Below, piece by piece: positions 63,703 to 64,000 of a stretch of DNA of 64,000 nt; the first letter of the stretch is position 1, and every line of letters starts with the position of its first letter. A program made the translations under genes and the position numbers. The notes under the pieces are model-generated. The model saw nothing but the letters and a program-made list of their open reading frames with translations, ran no database searches and had not been told where the DNA came from. Where the stretch lies: the NCBI GenBank assembly GCA_024679065.1, contig JAGIQG010000026.1:19096001-19160000 (forward strand). Reading direction: 5' to 3'. Source of the stretch: Sphyrna mokarran (Eukaryota).

Positions 63703-64000
63703 GTAAGGATCACATACCACACACCTGGAAGAATGGTAGCAAAATGACACTCCTACATTCAAATCAAAGCAAATTCCCTTTTGTGTCAAATGCTTGGCAG
63801 CAACAGGTCACCTACCCACTTCACTCCTAGTTTTTGAACAGTGCACACACCGAGAAGAAGAAAATAATGAAATACAGTAACTGAATTAATTAGTGATTGT
63901 TAATCGTTCCCAGATAATAGAGGAAATAACTGAGATGGACCTTTTGTCCAACTTAACACAAGGATGCTTGAATTGCAAAGTCAATTAATCTCCATCTTCA

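Noticed and set aside
1-64000. CRISPR arrays, operons or prokaryotic defence systems
   Set aside because: No regularly spaced repeat-spacer arrays or gene-dense coding; the window is intron- and retroelement-rich vertebrate DNA.

Overview
Eukaryotic, AT-rich, repeat-dense vertebrate DNA. The repeat set (HE1/V-type tRNA-SINEs, DeuSINE-like SINEs, several CR1-clade LINE families, Rex1/Babar tails, Penelope-like termini) points to a cartilaginous fish, probably a shark; this is inference. One gene is well supported: a + strand GRAM-domain (GRAMD2-family) gene with nine phase-consistent exons at 49051-63702 that continues past the window and uses one GC-AG intron. A chain of exon-like segments at 812-17216 may be the 3' end of a second, unidentified + strand gene. 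Almost all ORFs in the supplied track are SINE/LINE artefacts; only the CR1 reverse-transcriptase ORFs are meaningful. The most unusual signal is two diverged CR1 copies that share a long 3' UTR with a conserved splice acceptor, a hairpin and a headless V-SINE core. Also notable are a locally templated inverted insertion, fold-back Penelope termini, U2- and 5S-derived chimeric fragments, and SINEs with swapped LINE tails. No prokaryotic systems or CRISPR arrays. Exon coordinates were counted exactly, repeat boundaries are approximate, and family comparisons are from memory, not database searches.
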